64,000 nucleotides of DNA from Hydrolagus colliei (lineage: Eukaryota). The position numbers were made by a program, and so were the translations under genes. This document shows, piece after piece, positions 22,181 through 35,261 of this stretch; position 1 is the stretch's first letter, and every line of letters starts with the position of its first letter. A model generated the notes under the pieces. It was not told where the DNA came from and did not search any database. It saw only the letters and a list, made by a program, of their open reading frames with translations. The stretch lies in contig CM068756.1 in the NCBI GenBank assembly GCA_035084275.1, positions 14,942,001 through 15,006,000 on the forward strand, in the 5' to 3' direction.

Positions 22181-25100
22181 ATTAATTAAAATGTGTAGAC
22201 ATAATCAGTTTTAATTTTACAGGTGTTACTAGAAACTGGCTTGCAAGACTGTATTGAAGAATAATGAATGCTAAAACCAATCTAACTCGAATTTCAAGCC
22301 TAACATTTCAGAATCAATGCAATAAGACACGGGACTGACAGTTGAAGAATGAACTAATCGTGCACATCTTCTTGTTCTCTTTTGTTAGCTGTGTATGCAC
22401 TCTACTCAACTCTACATTAGATTGATTTTGAACTCAATTCATTTCTGTTAAGTTCTCTAACACCATTCTTTAACATATAAATTCTGCAGACCAAGTTTTC
22501 TATTACAGTAACTGTGGCATGCAAGATACAAAATAGCAAGGGAATGAATCTAACACACACCAGGAACAGAAAAGGGTAAGGTAACACAAGCGAGGCTGTT
22601 GAAAGTTGAAGGATATTGGTGTGGTTTGAAGTTGTTAAAGTAGATATAATTTTATGCTAAAAATTGAAGGACCAGCATTAAAAAAGTGATTACTTCTAGG
22701 CAGAGGTATATGCTACATGTGAATTTGGAGCAAACGTACATCTGCCCCTGTGTGATATTTCATCTTAAATAATCTGTTGTGGGTGCTGCACAGCTTGTAA
22801 ACGGATATTCAGCATTCAGGGTTTCTTCTAAACATACAAAACAACTTGATCAATCTTACTTTTTCACATCTCAATCAAAGCTCACACAGCTTTCATTGAA
22901 CACAATGAACCAATCGTGTAACACGCTGCTTTTACAGATCATGTAAGGAACTTTTGAAGATTTATTGACATGCCCTGACACAGAGAGAGCAAGTTTGAAA
23001 GACAGCTGAAAAACTAAACAGAAGCAGAATTATTCCAAGCATCAAGAGGCAGCAGAATTAGCATAACAGATAGAAACGCTTTTCTGCACACAAAAGTAAA
23101 ACTGAAATAATCATATGATAATAACATATACCAAATAAATATTCTGAAACATTTTCTTGCAATATCCTTCATTTCATCACCTATTTATTCACACACTATA
23201 TTGAACACGCTACCCTGTGTTGGTTCACAGCTCTTTAGGGTCAATTGCCCATAGGTTTCATGGGTTAGCCCAACAACAACAACAACAACGTTACATTTAT
23301 AGAGCACCTTTCACAGGCCAAAAATATGCTATTTTCCACAGATCAAAACATTTAATTATTATCGGCTAAGTATTCATCAGGAAATCTTACGCACACGTAT
23401 TGGCACAGAACCCAATTCTTTCTCTTGCAAACATCATCACACAAACACTTTCCATCATTAACTGTTGGTCGGGTCACTGCCAAGAAACTCCCTTGGGTTC
23501 TGATGTCCAATGCAGCGCCTCCCAGAGTCATCTCAACTAGTAACAGGCAGATGAGCACAAGCCTTGGCTGGTATTGAGGATGGAAACTTCTCCTGTGTTA
23601 TATATTCCCGACTGTAAATTCACCACCTGAGGAGCCATTGCAATATGTTTTTCATTTTTTAAAAAGGTTTTACAATGAATATTGTTTTATAGAAGCCTTT
23701 ACTTGAAGAGTGATTCTATAATTAAAACATATTACTGGCTATAATAACAACTTTTCATGTCTTCTAGACGTCTCAAAGCACTTCACAGAATATACTGTAA
23801 AGTGAATAGACTGTATACACATGGACAATATACGGTAGTCAATTGTGCAGTGTCCCACAAATAGTCGTGGAATTAAATGACCGATTTCTTCTTTTTGAGG
23901 GATTATTTTTCGGAATGGGTTTTTAATGAAACTTATCCAAGGTTTCACCCTGCTTGGAATTGAACCCAGGTCTCTCACTTGTAAGGCGAGTGCTGTAACC
24001 ACTGAGCTACAGGACACTACAATTTTGAACAGTCCTGTGCCTCAGTGGTTAGAGAACTCATCCTACAAGCAAGCGACCTGGATTTGTTCCAGGCAGGGTG
24101 CATCCTTGAGCTAGTCTCCTTGTGCACAGGCCTGATAATAATCCCTCGAGAAAAAACAATAATAATTTGGTCATTTCAATCGACTCTTTGTGGGACACTC
24201 CTGTGTGCAACAATCGCGGTTCACACATGTATACACAGTCAATTCACTTTACAGTACATTCTGTGTAGCACTTTAAGACGTCTAGAATATGTGAAAATTG
24301 TTATATCAAATGCAAGGATTATTATTAGATGTAGCATTGTCAATTTATTTTAATGTTGACAAATGCAGTCATATTTGATTCTCAACCAAATGATAAAGCT
24401 CTTAGACATACAGCAGGAACTTAAAACTGAACCATAATGCCTAACAATTATCTTACAACCACATAGACTATTCTCATCATTGGCTTAAAGTTTAGTTCAC
24501 GGAAACTCATTTTCTCTCAAGCACAATACATTTGTGATCACTTCAAGTCTTTTATCTCATATGTTGTGTTCACATTGTCTACGAGGTTGGTTGAAATACA
24601 TGTTTGGAAACCACAATATGTTGCGGCAGAGACTGAGCTGTTAACTGAGCTGAGTTTCCACTGAAGCCACAATGTAATTATTTATTTATCACAATGTGTC
24701 ACAATGATCTCCCCCTCTATTTATTTCCACCCTGCCCTGAACTCTTCACCAAACAGTGGTCACAGTAGTTTCAGCGTTTTGGGACATCCTCCCAACTTGA
24801 AAGGCCGTCTATAAATGTAATTTTGTTTTTGTTGTTATTGTCACGGAATCGTATGTGCCCACCATCGCAGATTTATTGATTATGATTATTCTTTGCGTGC
24901 TTCTCTCATCAAAACAATTTCGACGTCACATCTAGGTATTTCTATGAGTGAACCACATGGATTTTTGTTTATTTCACTTCATTAAAGGAAATACAGAGGA
25001 TGGCAATAATATACATGATAAAAAATAAATGATCATATTTACCTGGGAATGTTTGGCCTTCATTTACTCCAGCAGTGACGTAAGATTCTTAACGCTCAGC

Positions 25101-25835
25101 TGGACAGGCAACAGAACATTGGGTACAACTTTCACTCGAAGGACAGCACTCCCATTACAGGATGTTCTAAAATAAAATTGGTCAATTCAATCCAAGACTG
25201 TTTGTGAGATACTGCGGTGTGCAATTGGCTGCTATTTCACCCACAAATATGCAGTCAATTCACTTTACAGTTTATTCTGTGAAGTGATTTGAGACATCTA
25301 GAAGACATGAACAGCGCTAATTCAAATGCTAGGACTATTATGATGATTATTATTATTAAAAATGGCCATGTCAAGATTGAATACCCAATGTTGTGTGCTC
25401 ATAGCGTTATGGAATTAAACAACAATAATTGCTAAAGCTTGACATCTGTATCGGTCTTGAATGGTAATCATAGGTTCTACACTATCCTATGTTGCTGTGA
25501 TTCACTTCATGGAAGCAGACTGGTATAACTCCTGATCATGATCTCAAGAGACAACAGTTTAATTGCTGAGGGTATCAAGATAATGCAGAGGAATTTTTTT
25601 ACTAAATACGATGGAAGGAGAAACGGGAGAACCAGAAGGAAGCAGCTAGCGTTTGAATGTTTAACATTGATTATTGAGTCACCAAAAGTGTTCATAACCA
25701 AAAGAGAGCAAGAAACTCCCCTGTATCCAAGCCATGATCCTCTCTACCATCCCTCACCTCCGCAACATTGCAGACTCTGCCACTAACTCACCTCTCAGTT
25801 CGCTGAAACTCTGATTCATCCATTCATCTCATCCA

Positions 25836-26931
25836 ACAACAACAACAACAATTTACATTTATAGAGCGCCTTTCACGTCGAGAGGACGTCCCAAGGCGCT
25901 GCACAGGAGGCGTGTGACCCGAGCTGGGAGGGGAGTGTTTGGGAAGGGGTGAAACACGAAGGGGAGGTAAAAGAGTTCGGGGTGGAACAAAAGGCACGAT
26001 CGAAGAGGAAAGTCTTCAAATCGGCCTTGAAAGAGGAAAGGGAAGAGGCGAAACGGAGGGATTGAGGGATGGCATTCCATAAGGTGGGAGCAGAGAAACT
26101 GAAGTGGGGCGCCTCCGATGGTGGGGCGGTTCGGGCGGGGGGCTTGGAGCAGGCCAAGTCTTGTTGAACGGAGGGTCCGGGTGGGCGTGTAGGGGGAGAG
26201 TAGATCGGTTAAATATGGCGGGGCAAGGCCGTGTAAGGCCTTGTAGGTGAGGACGAGGATCTTGAACTCGATCCTCTAGAGGATGGGGAGCCAGTGGAGA
26301 CGGGCGAGGGTGGGGGTTATGTGGTCACGGAGGCGGGTGCGGGATAGTACACGGGCTGCAGAGTTTTGGATGGCCTGCAGCCTATGAATGGAGGAACTGG
26401 GGAGGCCGATTAGGAGAGAATTTCCGTGATCCAGCCGTGAGGTGATGTACGCGTGCACGAGTGTTTCGGCAGTGCGGGGGGTAAGATAGTTGCGGAGCCT
26501 GGCAATGTTGCACAGATGGAAATAGGCTGTGCCAGTCAAGGCGCAGATGTGGGGGTGGAAGGAAAGTTTTTGATCGAACATGATGCCGAGGTTCCTGATT
26601 GGCTTTGTGAGGTGGAGAGTACAGCCTTGGATGTTGAGGCTGGCAGCGCCCGATGTGCGGAGGCGCTGGCTTGAGCCAATCAGGAGGGCATCGGTCATAT
26701 TCACGTTCAATTGCAAAAAGTTGTCCCTCGTCCACGATTCGATGTCGGACAGACATGCTGTCAGAACATCGATCGTCTGGGGGTTGAGGGATGAGGCAGA
26801 AAGGTACAACTGGGTGTCATGCGCATACATGTGGAAATTTACCCCATGTCTGCGGATGACGTCGCCCAGGGGGACCGTGTAAAGGGTGAAAAGGAGGGGA
26901 CCGAGGACAGAGCCCTGAGGGACGCCGTGGC
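25836..26931 (-). mobile_element. Young 5'-truncated L2-clade LINE of about 1.1 kb, inserted in an older opposite-strand L2
   Basis: [10 protein letters not shown] motif near 26900 and YAHDTQLY (YADD-like) in ORF 26276..26830; (AAC)n tail; empty site near 7990. Confidence 0.9.
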
Positions 26932-29900
26932 TTGACTATGCCAATGCTCTACTTGTCGACCTTTCTAACTCCTCCCTCTGTGGATTCCAGTTCATCCAGA
27001 ACTCTGCGGGCCATGTCCTTTACCAATCCAAATTCCATGATGCCATCTGTCCCATCCTCACCCAACTCTATTGTTTCCCCATCACCCAGAGGATTCAAAT
27101 CAAGATCCTGGTCCTCATCTTCAAAGCCCTCCATGGTCTAGCACTGCCCTAACTCTGGGTCACCCAACCCACTACCAACCTGACTACTCCCTCTGCTTAG
27201 GAGTGCTAGCCTGCTCTATGCCCACCGACCCACCTGCCCCACCATCAGTGAGTGAGACTTTTACATCTGGAATTCCATCCTGCAGTCACTTTGGAGTCCA
27301 TTCTCCCGAGGTGAAAGACACTATATCAATATAATCTTGTTATTGTTGATTTTATAAATTTCAGGCAGCATCTATGGAGAAAGCACGTGAGACAATGATT
27401 TAGGTTCATGACCCTTCGTCAGATGGACGAAGGGTCATTCACCCAAAGCGTTGACTCACTATCCTTACTCCAGAGATGCTGCCTGCCCTGCTGATGGCTC
27501 CCAGCGATTTCTGTTTTTGATTCAGATTTCCATCATCTGTAGTATTTTGCATTTTTGATCTAGTTTTCATGTTCGGTTCTGAAGCCAAGGAGGGCACGGG
27601 GGATGGGGCAGTGGATTGTCTCCTTAATGGATTTCCAAACAGGTGGAACGATTGGCTGAAAGCTCTACCAGCTCCTGGGATGGGGCAGATCGGTTATTGG
27701 TACATGGGATATTGGTATAGTCATTGAGCGGATGGAGTAGAAGAACAGTGAGGCCATTTGATCGTGAGGTTAAACATCTCCAGTTGGATTTGCTGGTCCA
27801 GGAGAAGGGCTGCACAGAACAGTGGGGTCTCCAGCTTGTGTATGGAGACGCTGGGAGTCCCCATGAGTTGGGAAGTTGATCGATCAAACCTATATGGAAT
27901 GACCCCATCAGTGTCCTCGCAGCCCTAGAGAGCGGTAGGTATTGATTGAGGTGATGTTGGGAAGGTGCCGGAAAGCTAAGGGATTGACAGCCAAGAAGGA
28001 CATTTGATTTTTGGGTGCCAGTCGTTGTCTGACATATGCGGGAACCAATCTCCATGCTCAAAACCATCACACCCGTCCTCACTCGACTTCGTTGGCTTCC
28101 CATCACAGAGAGGAACCTGGTTCTCACCTTCCACTTCAAATGTAATGATTATTTTATTTCATGCTGGACAGAGCACTGCAATGCTAGGGTAGTCCAGGAG
28201 TTTAATTGAAGTGGGAGCGATGTAAACGCAATCTTTGCTTCATAGATCAGTGTGATATCAAGCCAGCTGAACGTGCATTGAAACCACAAAGCCTGTGTAT
28301 ATTTATTACACTATTATCACAAGGCTCTCCCTCTCCCCATCTATTTGCTACAGTTCTGTTTTGCTCTGACCATTCCACCTTGCAGTGGGCGCTGCATCTG
28401 AGGTGTGGAGTGTCACAGAATTATTCATTATAATTATTCTATGTGGGTTCCTCTCATCGAAAGTGTTTGGACGTCACGTTGAGCTATTGTGTGAGTGAAC
28501 CACGTGGAGATACCTTTCTTTCACTTCAATAAAGAAACTACAGAGGGAGACAACACTACAGAATAGTTTCAGCTGCAAATACATTTCAGTGCGGCATTCA
28601 TTCTTTCTCTCATCAGTAGGTCAATAGCGATAACAGTAATAATACGTCTCGGAGTTGATCACTGGTTTACCAATCTTTGAAACCTGGTGAAAGCGTTTGT
28701 CGGGGTTTTATGTACTGTCACTTTACAGTTGGCGAAAACAGAAGCCAAATTGACGCAGCAATGTACCCACAAACAGACACCAAATACATCACCATTTCTA
28801 CCAAGAGACTTTCGGCCAAGACACCGGGAGAAAATCACTTCTATTTTCCAGCAGCGACGGAGGATATTTTATACCCAGCTGAACTGGCAAACGGGAACCC
28901 GGGTAAACGTTTCACTCGGAGAAATGCTCCCCCATTAGAGAATATTCCCAAAGTTCTCTTGTCAAAGTTTAGCACATAACACTCTGACTGAGCGTCCAGA
29001 GGCTGATACAAGCTGCAGGTTAATGCCCATCCTCGCACTTGACCTGGTGCCTACAGGAAATGGAAATGTGTTCAAGCGCATTGCTGTTTAGTTAATGACT
29101 GTGTCTGTAACAGAGATCAGCAGAGAGAATACACAGTCGATTGAATAATATCATTCAAAATAATATCTATTACACGGACGTTTAGAATAATTGGCATTGC
29201 TCCAAAATCCATAGATTAAAAGTGACGGTTTGTTCTGGCATCAGCTGAATATGGTGGACTCCGGCACATGTTACATTACAGCTCCTTCAGTCCAGGGCAC
29301 AGGAGCTGGGATCTCTAATAACAAATTGACACTATGACAATGTCAGCATCACGTTCTTTACAAATATTTAACGGCGTCACTTCTGGCTGGAAATGTGATT
29401 GATATTTATCTATCTGAGAGTCGCACTTTACAATTCATTAGTATAATAAAATGAATACAATGCTCATACGGTTAAGCAATGAAATAATATTAATGTGCCT
29501 TTAGACAGCGTCCCTCACACGGAGTAGAGGAAATCTCTGCCGCCCATTTTGGAAAGGAGGGGACGAGAAACAAGCAGGAGGCCAGAGTCAGGCGAGCGGT
29601 GGCTGTGGGTGGGGCAGCAGGTCTGGGAGGTGGGGAGGGACGGTCAGGTCATGCGGGGCTTGTAAACCAGCTTGAGGATCTTGAACACAATCAGTTCTGT
29701 GACATGGGAGCCAGTGGAGCCTGGCGAGGATTGGTGGGATGACGATATAGAGTTTAAACCTCTCCATTAAACATTGGTTTCAATGATACTATTGAGTTTT
29801 CTCAACCTGGTAAGTCGCTGGGTACAGTGTTGGTCACCGCTACATGGAGGTTACTCTAGAGTCAGTCCTGGAGAGAAAAGCAAGGAGAATTATCCAGAGA

Positions 29901-30172
29901 AGTGTTTGATGAACAAGCAATCAACAAGGAATTGGTCATCTGGGCTCCATAGTCTTGAAAATACGACTCATTCGTGTCTCCTCGTGTCTCACTAATATAA
30001 CAATGAATGTACGCCGAAAGTCTGAAAACATGTTATCAAATCAGAGTGGGAGCCCAGCTGCGCCCATAGGGTCAGGAAGTCAAACATCACCCTCACATCT
30101 CATCTCAATCAACTCCAACCCCTGGTCACAGACCAGCCACAGCTTTAGGGTTAGTCTCAGTCACAGATCAGG

Positions 30173-33100
30173 ATGTTGGCGAGTGTTGTGTTTCAGTGTC
30201 TGTCTCTCACAGTGTGGATCATTTCTAAAGGTTTGTGACTATTCACTATCCCAGTGATCTCAAACACAAAGTGTGTGTCTCTATCACAGTATTTTGTTTC
30301 AAAACAATGTTTGACTTTATTTCTGACAGTTGCTGACGGTACATTGATCACAGTAACACAACAACCCGAACAGATCATTGTCAACAGAGGTGAAGATGTG
30401 ACGTTAACCTGCAACATCTCTAGCACAGCGAACATAAAAATACACTGGTGGAAACAGGGAGAGAGTCAATACATTGTATGGGATCACAAGAAAACATTTG
30501 ATGTCGAATTTTCTGGAAGGGCCGTCTTCAAACTCCACGATGCAGGTCTCCAGGACTCTGGGATCTATTACTCTTCAGTGGCATTTAACGGAAATAAAAC
30601 AGTGAATGGAACTGGATCCCGTGTAACTGTATGTGGTAAGTGACATGATAAGGAAGAGATAGTAACTATTATATTTACTCAAACTATAATTTACTACCCA
30701 TATAAGGCCTCTCACTGTTGATAGAGAATCTTCAAGGGCTTTATAAAACCTGAGGATTAGCCAGAGTTCAGACCCAGCTGGGAGGAGAGAGTGGCCGAAA
30801 GGAAGGTTAAAGAGAAATGTCATCAGGCGGGGTTCGATAGGAGAGAAGGAAGATAAGAACGATGAATCCTTGTCCTCACCTTTAATGTCCTCTATGGCCT
30901 TGCCCCCCATATCTGCGACCTCCTGATCCCCTTCCAACCCACCCACTCCCTCTGCTCAGCGGACACTGGCCTGCTCCTTTTGTGCCGACCCACCCCACCA
31001 TCAGTGAGCAAACCTCCAGCCACTCTGCCCCCAACCTCTAGAATTCCATTCTGGAATGGCCAAGTGTGTCCGCAGTTTTCCAGGGCATTGCTGATAATAA
31101 GAATAATAAGAACCATCCTTACTTTGATGTAGAGGGTTTCACTTTTTTATTTAGACGTCTCAAGATGCTTCTCAGAATCTACTATCTTGGGTAAGTTTCC
31201 TTGCTCCATATGCCTGATAATAATCGCTCCAAAAAATAAACACAATAATAAAATTTGTCATTTTAATCCACGACTGTGTGTGGGACACTGCTGTGCGCAA
31301 TTGGCTGCCGCGATTCGCCCACAAATCTATACAGTCAATTCACTTTGCAGTGTATTCTGTGAAGCGCTTTGGGACGTTGATAAAATGTGGAAAACGCTGC
31401 ATCAAATGCAAGGATGATTATTATTATTATTATTACTATAAAGTGAATTGACTGCATATACTCAATGTGGACAAAAATAGCAATATGCAATTGTACAAAA
31501 TAGTGTCGCACAATTCAGAATTGAATTGGCTTTTATTACTGTTTGACAGGAGATTATTATTTTCTTTTCAGGGATTATTATTAGGTGTGTGGTAGTGGAG
31601 TAAGGAAACTTGCCCAAAACTTCGCCCTGCCTGGAATTGAACTCAGGTCTCTCGCTTCTAAGGCGAGTGATCCAGTCACTGAGCTACAGGATTCCTGATG
31701 ACAACACAGTCAGCCTGACTCAGCGGCAGGACCTGGAAAAGTGGACTAGTGACTGGGGGCGGGGATTCATCCCACTTTTAATCCCATATTTCAAAGCTGT
31801 AACCCTGTGGGAAACGCAATGGGAAACTTTGCCAGACAGCAATATCAATGGGAAACTATGCGGCTTTAACTGGTTAGACTCCAGGCCTATTTACAATCTC
31901 CTTGCAATACTTAAATACGAGTTCTTCATTGTTAGTTACAGTCCATTTTTTGTGTTTTCTGTAAAATGGAAATTGTGCCGTTTACACCAGAACCCAGTTT
32001 ATATATAAACGTTTATACGTTAGTGGGAACTGACGTGAACAATCACCCTGGTGAGATTTGTTATTCTCTTGATGGTTGTAGAGAGATATTTCTGTGCACA
32101 AATTGCCTGCCCTTCCTTTACAAATACAGCTAATACTCTTCATAGTATGTCCTGCGAAGAAATTTGAGATGTGTTTTTATTTTATCAAATATTTTTATTC
32201 CAGTGCCACCAATTCCTCTGAATATTTCAGCCAAATCTCCTCCAAGAGATTCATCTGTGTTTCTGACCCTCGTTTGTGAAACGGCCGCGTTTTACCCAGA
32301 GAATCTTACTTTCACATGGTCTAAAAACGGCACCGAAATTACAACCGGGATAATCAGCACTGAATGGCAGAATCCGGAGGGACTGTATGAAGCTTCCAGC
32401 TCAGTGGAGGAGACACAGCCTGTCCAGAATGGGACAGTTTATACCTGTCAGGTGTCTCACCTCAGCCTCCAGACTCCAGGAATTCACATCTACACATATT
32501 GGCAACGTCCACAAGGTAGGAATTTCAGTCTCAGTGGTAATTATCATCAACTGTCTTCGACCTGAATATTTCCTTCTTTTAATTCACATAAAATCCACAC
32601 ATTCTCTTTCAAGGCCAGTTTGAAGACTTTCCTCTTCGACCGTGCCTTTTGTTCCACCCCGCATTTTTCTACCTCCATTTCGTGTCTCACCCCTTCCCAA
32701 ACACTCCCCTCTCAGCTCGGGTCAGACGCCTCCTGTGCAGCGCCTTGGGACGTCCTCCCGACGTGAAAGGCGCTCTATAAGTGCAATTTGTTGTTGTTGT
32801 TTGGTGTAAAGAATGATAGCTTTATTTCACAAATGAATTTGCTTCATGTGAAATATAAATCTTTCACTTTTTTACTGGAGAATATTTGAATTATTTTGAC
32901 TGCAAGATAATATCACTTTCCCTTGAACATATTAACAATTTGGATTTCAAACGTGCATTTCGAATATATTCAATGCCAACAACAACAACAAAAACAAAAT
33001 TACATTTATAGAGCACCTTTCACGTCGGGAAGACGTCCCAAGGCGCTGAACAGTCAGGTCGGGATCCGAGCAAGTGAGAGGAGCAGGGTGGGGGAGAGGG

Positions 33101-33933
33101 TCAGGAGACAATGAGGAGGGGAGGGAGAGAGTTGGGAAGGCAGCAGAAGGCACGACCGAAGAGGAGGTCTTTAGACAGGCTTTGAAGGAGGCGAGGGAGG
33201 GAGCGAGGTGAAGGGAATGTGAGATGGAGTTCCAGAGTGTGGGGCAGAGAGGATGATAGTCCATCCACCAATGGTCGTGCGCGTCGGCGGAGAAGGGCCG
33301 GGGGGGGGGAGGTGACATGGAGCAGACTGGAGCCCACTGAACAGAAGGGGTGGGGAAGTTCATAACAAGATAACAGGTAGGAGATGTAGTGGGGGCAATG
33401 CCGTGAATGGCTTTGAAAGTGAGGAAGAGGATCATGAATTCGATCCTCCGGGGAATGGGAGCCAGTGGAGCTGGGTGAGGGTGGGAGTGATGTGATCGCA
33501 GAGCTTGGTGTGGGTGAGGACATGAGCTGCAGAGTTCTGGATGATCTGCAGCTTGGTGAAGGGAAGAATCAGGAAGGCCGACGAGAAGGGAGTTTTAATT
33601 GTAAAATGATCAGCTCTCAGGATTTATACAATTATTAGTTGAATTAGAATTAGGTAAGTTTTGACATCAATTACGGAGAGTTGATGGTACTGAAAACTCC
33701 ATCAACCAAGCGCAAACGCTGAATCACAACTTGTCCCGCTCCCCAGATTAGTTGATTTAATAAAAACATTTCAGTTAAAAGCAAGTGGCGCAAAGCTCTC
33801 ATGATTCTCTCTTTACTCGGCAGTGTTTAATGTACACGGTTATCTTGGAATATTTCGGTTTGCATTCAGCGCGTTGGTAATATTACTGATGGCCGCCATC
33901 CTTGTGGACTATTTCAAAATGAATCCTGTTTAA
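30173..33933 (+). CDS. Gene A2: activating-type VJ-C1-TM receptor with transmembrane Arg and a very short tail, about 261 aa
   Basis: join(30173..30230,30330..30635,32204..32515,33824..33933) = 786 nt, open, all introns phase 1 GT-AG. TM exon (V)FNVHGYLGIFRFAFSALVILLMAAILVDYFKMNPV*. The F-strand Cys of the V domain is Ser. Confidence 0.8.
32605..32802 (+). mobile_element. Short 3' fragment of the same young L2 family in the A2 C1-TM intron
   Basis: Near-identical to the tails of the two insertions above; (GTT)n end; absent near 13625. Confidence 0.8.
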
Positions 33934-33935
33934 CG
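33824..33935 (+). CDS. A2 Arg-containing TM exon
   Basis: ctctctttactcggcag acceptor in phase 1; hydrophobic run after Arg; TAA at 33931-33933 then CG|gtaag. The same layout recurs at 48011-48116. Confidence 0.85.
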
Positions 33936-33949
33936 GTAAGGCTTATAGA

Positions 33950-34370
33950 ATTACAGAATCATCTAATTTTATGGCACAAAAGGAAGCCATTCGACCGATC
34001 TAGTCTGTGCCGGCTCTTTGAAAAGAGCAACTCCATCCCACTGCCCCGCTTTCTCCCCATAAACTAACAGACCTGTTCTCCCTAAATAAATATCTAATTC
34101 TCTTTTAAAAGCTGTTATCGAATCGGCCTCCATCACCTTTTCAGGCAATGCATTCAAGATTCGAACAACTCGCTAAGTGAAAACATTTCTCCTCAGCTCC
34201 CCTCTGCTTCGTTTTCAAACTATTTCAAATCTGTGATCATCCACCAGTGGAAACAGTTTTTCCTTATTCACCCTGTTAATCCCCTCATCATTTTATAAAC
34301 CTCCATTAGGTCTCCTATCTGTTCTAAAGAGAATAAACCTAGCCTATCTAGCCTTTCCTCATAAGAAATT
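33950..34370 (-). mobile_element. CR1 LINE 3' fragment
   Basis: ORF 33969..34157 NALPEKVMEADSITAFKRELD, typical CR1 ORF2 end. Confidence 0.8.
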
Positions 34371-35154
34371 ACTTTAATTTGAAAATATTCGCAGCCTATA
34401 GAATAACTGAGGGATCAAAAGTGAGTTATTCAAATGTACTGAGGCTGTGCCTTAGATAATTAAAATACAGACATTGGATTGCTATATTGAAGCAATCATT
34501 GCTGTGTTGTACACTTGCTGGAAACATCGAGAAGTAATCATTTCATACAGTAATTAGTCGACAACAATATGAGTATTTTATATTGGAAATTTGGTGTATT
34601 GGAGCTCCCACAAACTTGAATATCAGTTCAATGCTTGGTTGGTATAACGTTCAGCAAATTATGATAGCGGTGCCAGGATAAGCGTCAACCCTAGTGTTAT
34701 CTGCTGTTTCCCTTCAATGCTCTGATCAAGTGTTGATTATGGTTGTCCTATATTTCCTTTCTGATTTCTGAGTTCCCGATCAATATGATTTGACAATCAT
34801 CTAACCACAGGATCGCATCGCATTTTGTAATATAGCTTCTTCTTTCCAGTTATTGTTGAAATCGACGTGTGAGAACAAACGATACCTTCAAACCATAATT
34901 AACGCAGAAACTGGAAATGTAACAGAATCCAAGGCGATGGACAATCCAGAGTTGGCTCCCGCGCTGGTGGTGGGCGCGGAATGGGGTTGGGGCCTTTACA
35001 TCGCTATCTGATATCAAAACTGTAATTTGTGTGTATCAAAATGGGGACCATTATTTTTAAATTTTGACAATTATTCCCTTGTTATAGAAACAAACGACGA
35101 GACATCGCTGGCTGCGGAAAACCTGAAGGACCGAGTGTATGACCAAATGAAGTA

Positions 35155-35160
35155 AATAAA
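35155..35160 (+). terminator. Candidate poly(A) signal of A2 in a putative 3' exon starting at 35088
   Basis: cccttgttatag acceptor at 35087 and AATAAA about 70 nt downstream. Confidence 0.35.
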
Positions 35161-35261
35161 TTGAAGTAATGTGTTAAGTAATATGAGCTCAAGTTCCTGA
35201 TATGTTACCTTGTAAGTATCTCCTTCATATCAATTACAAACTGATTCACGACAGTTACTCA

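Larger units (their letters stand above)
17978..33595 (+). repeat. Segmental duplication: copy of window positions 1 to about 14400 (period 18-19 kb)
   Basis: Colinear matches 87/18063, 982/18992, 1953/20000, 5887/23739, 11230/30173 and 13241/32204. Identity is visibly high up to 13516/32479 and lower beyond. Confidence 0.95.
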
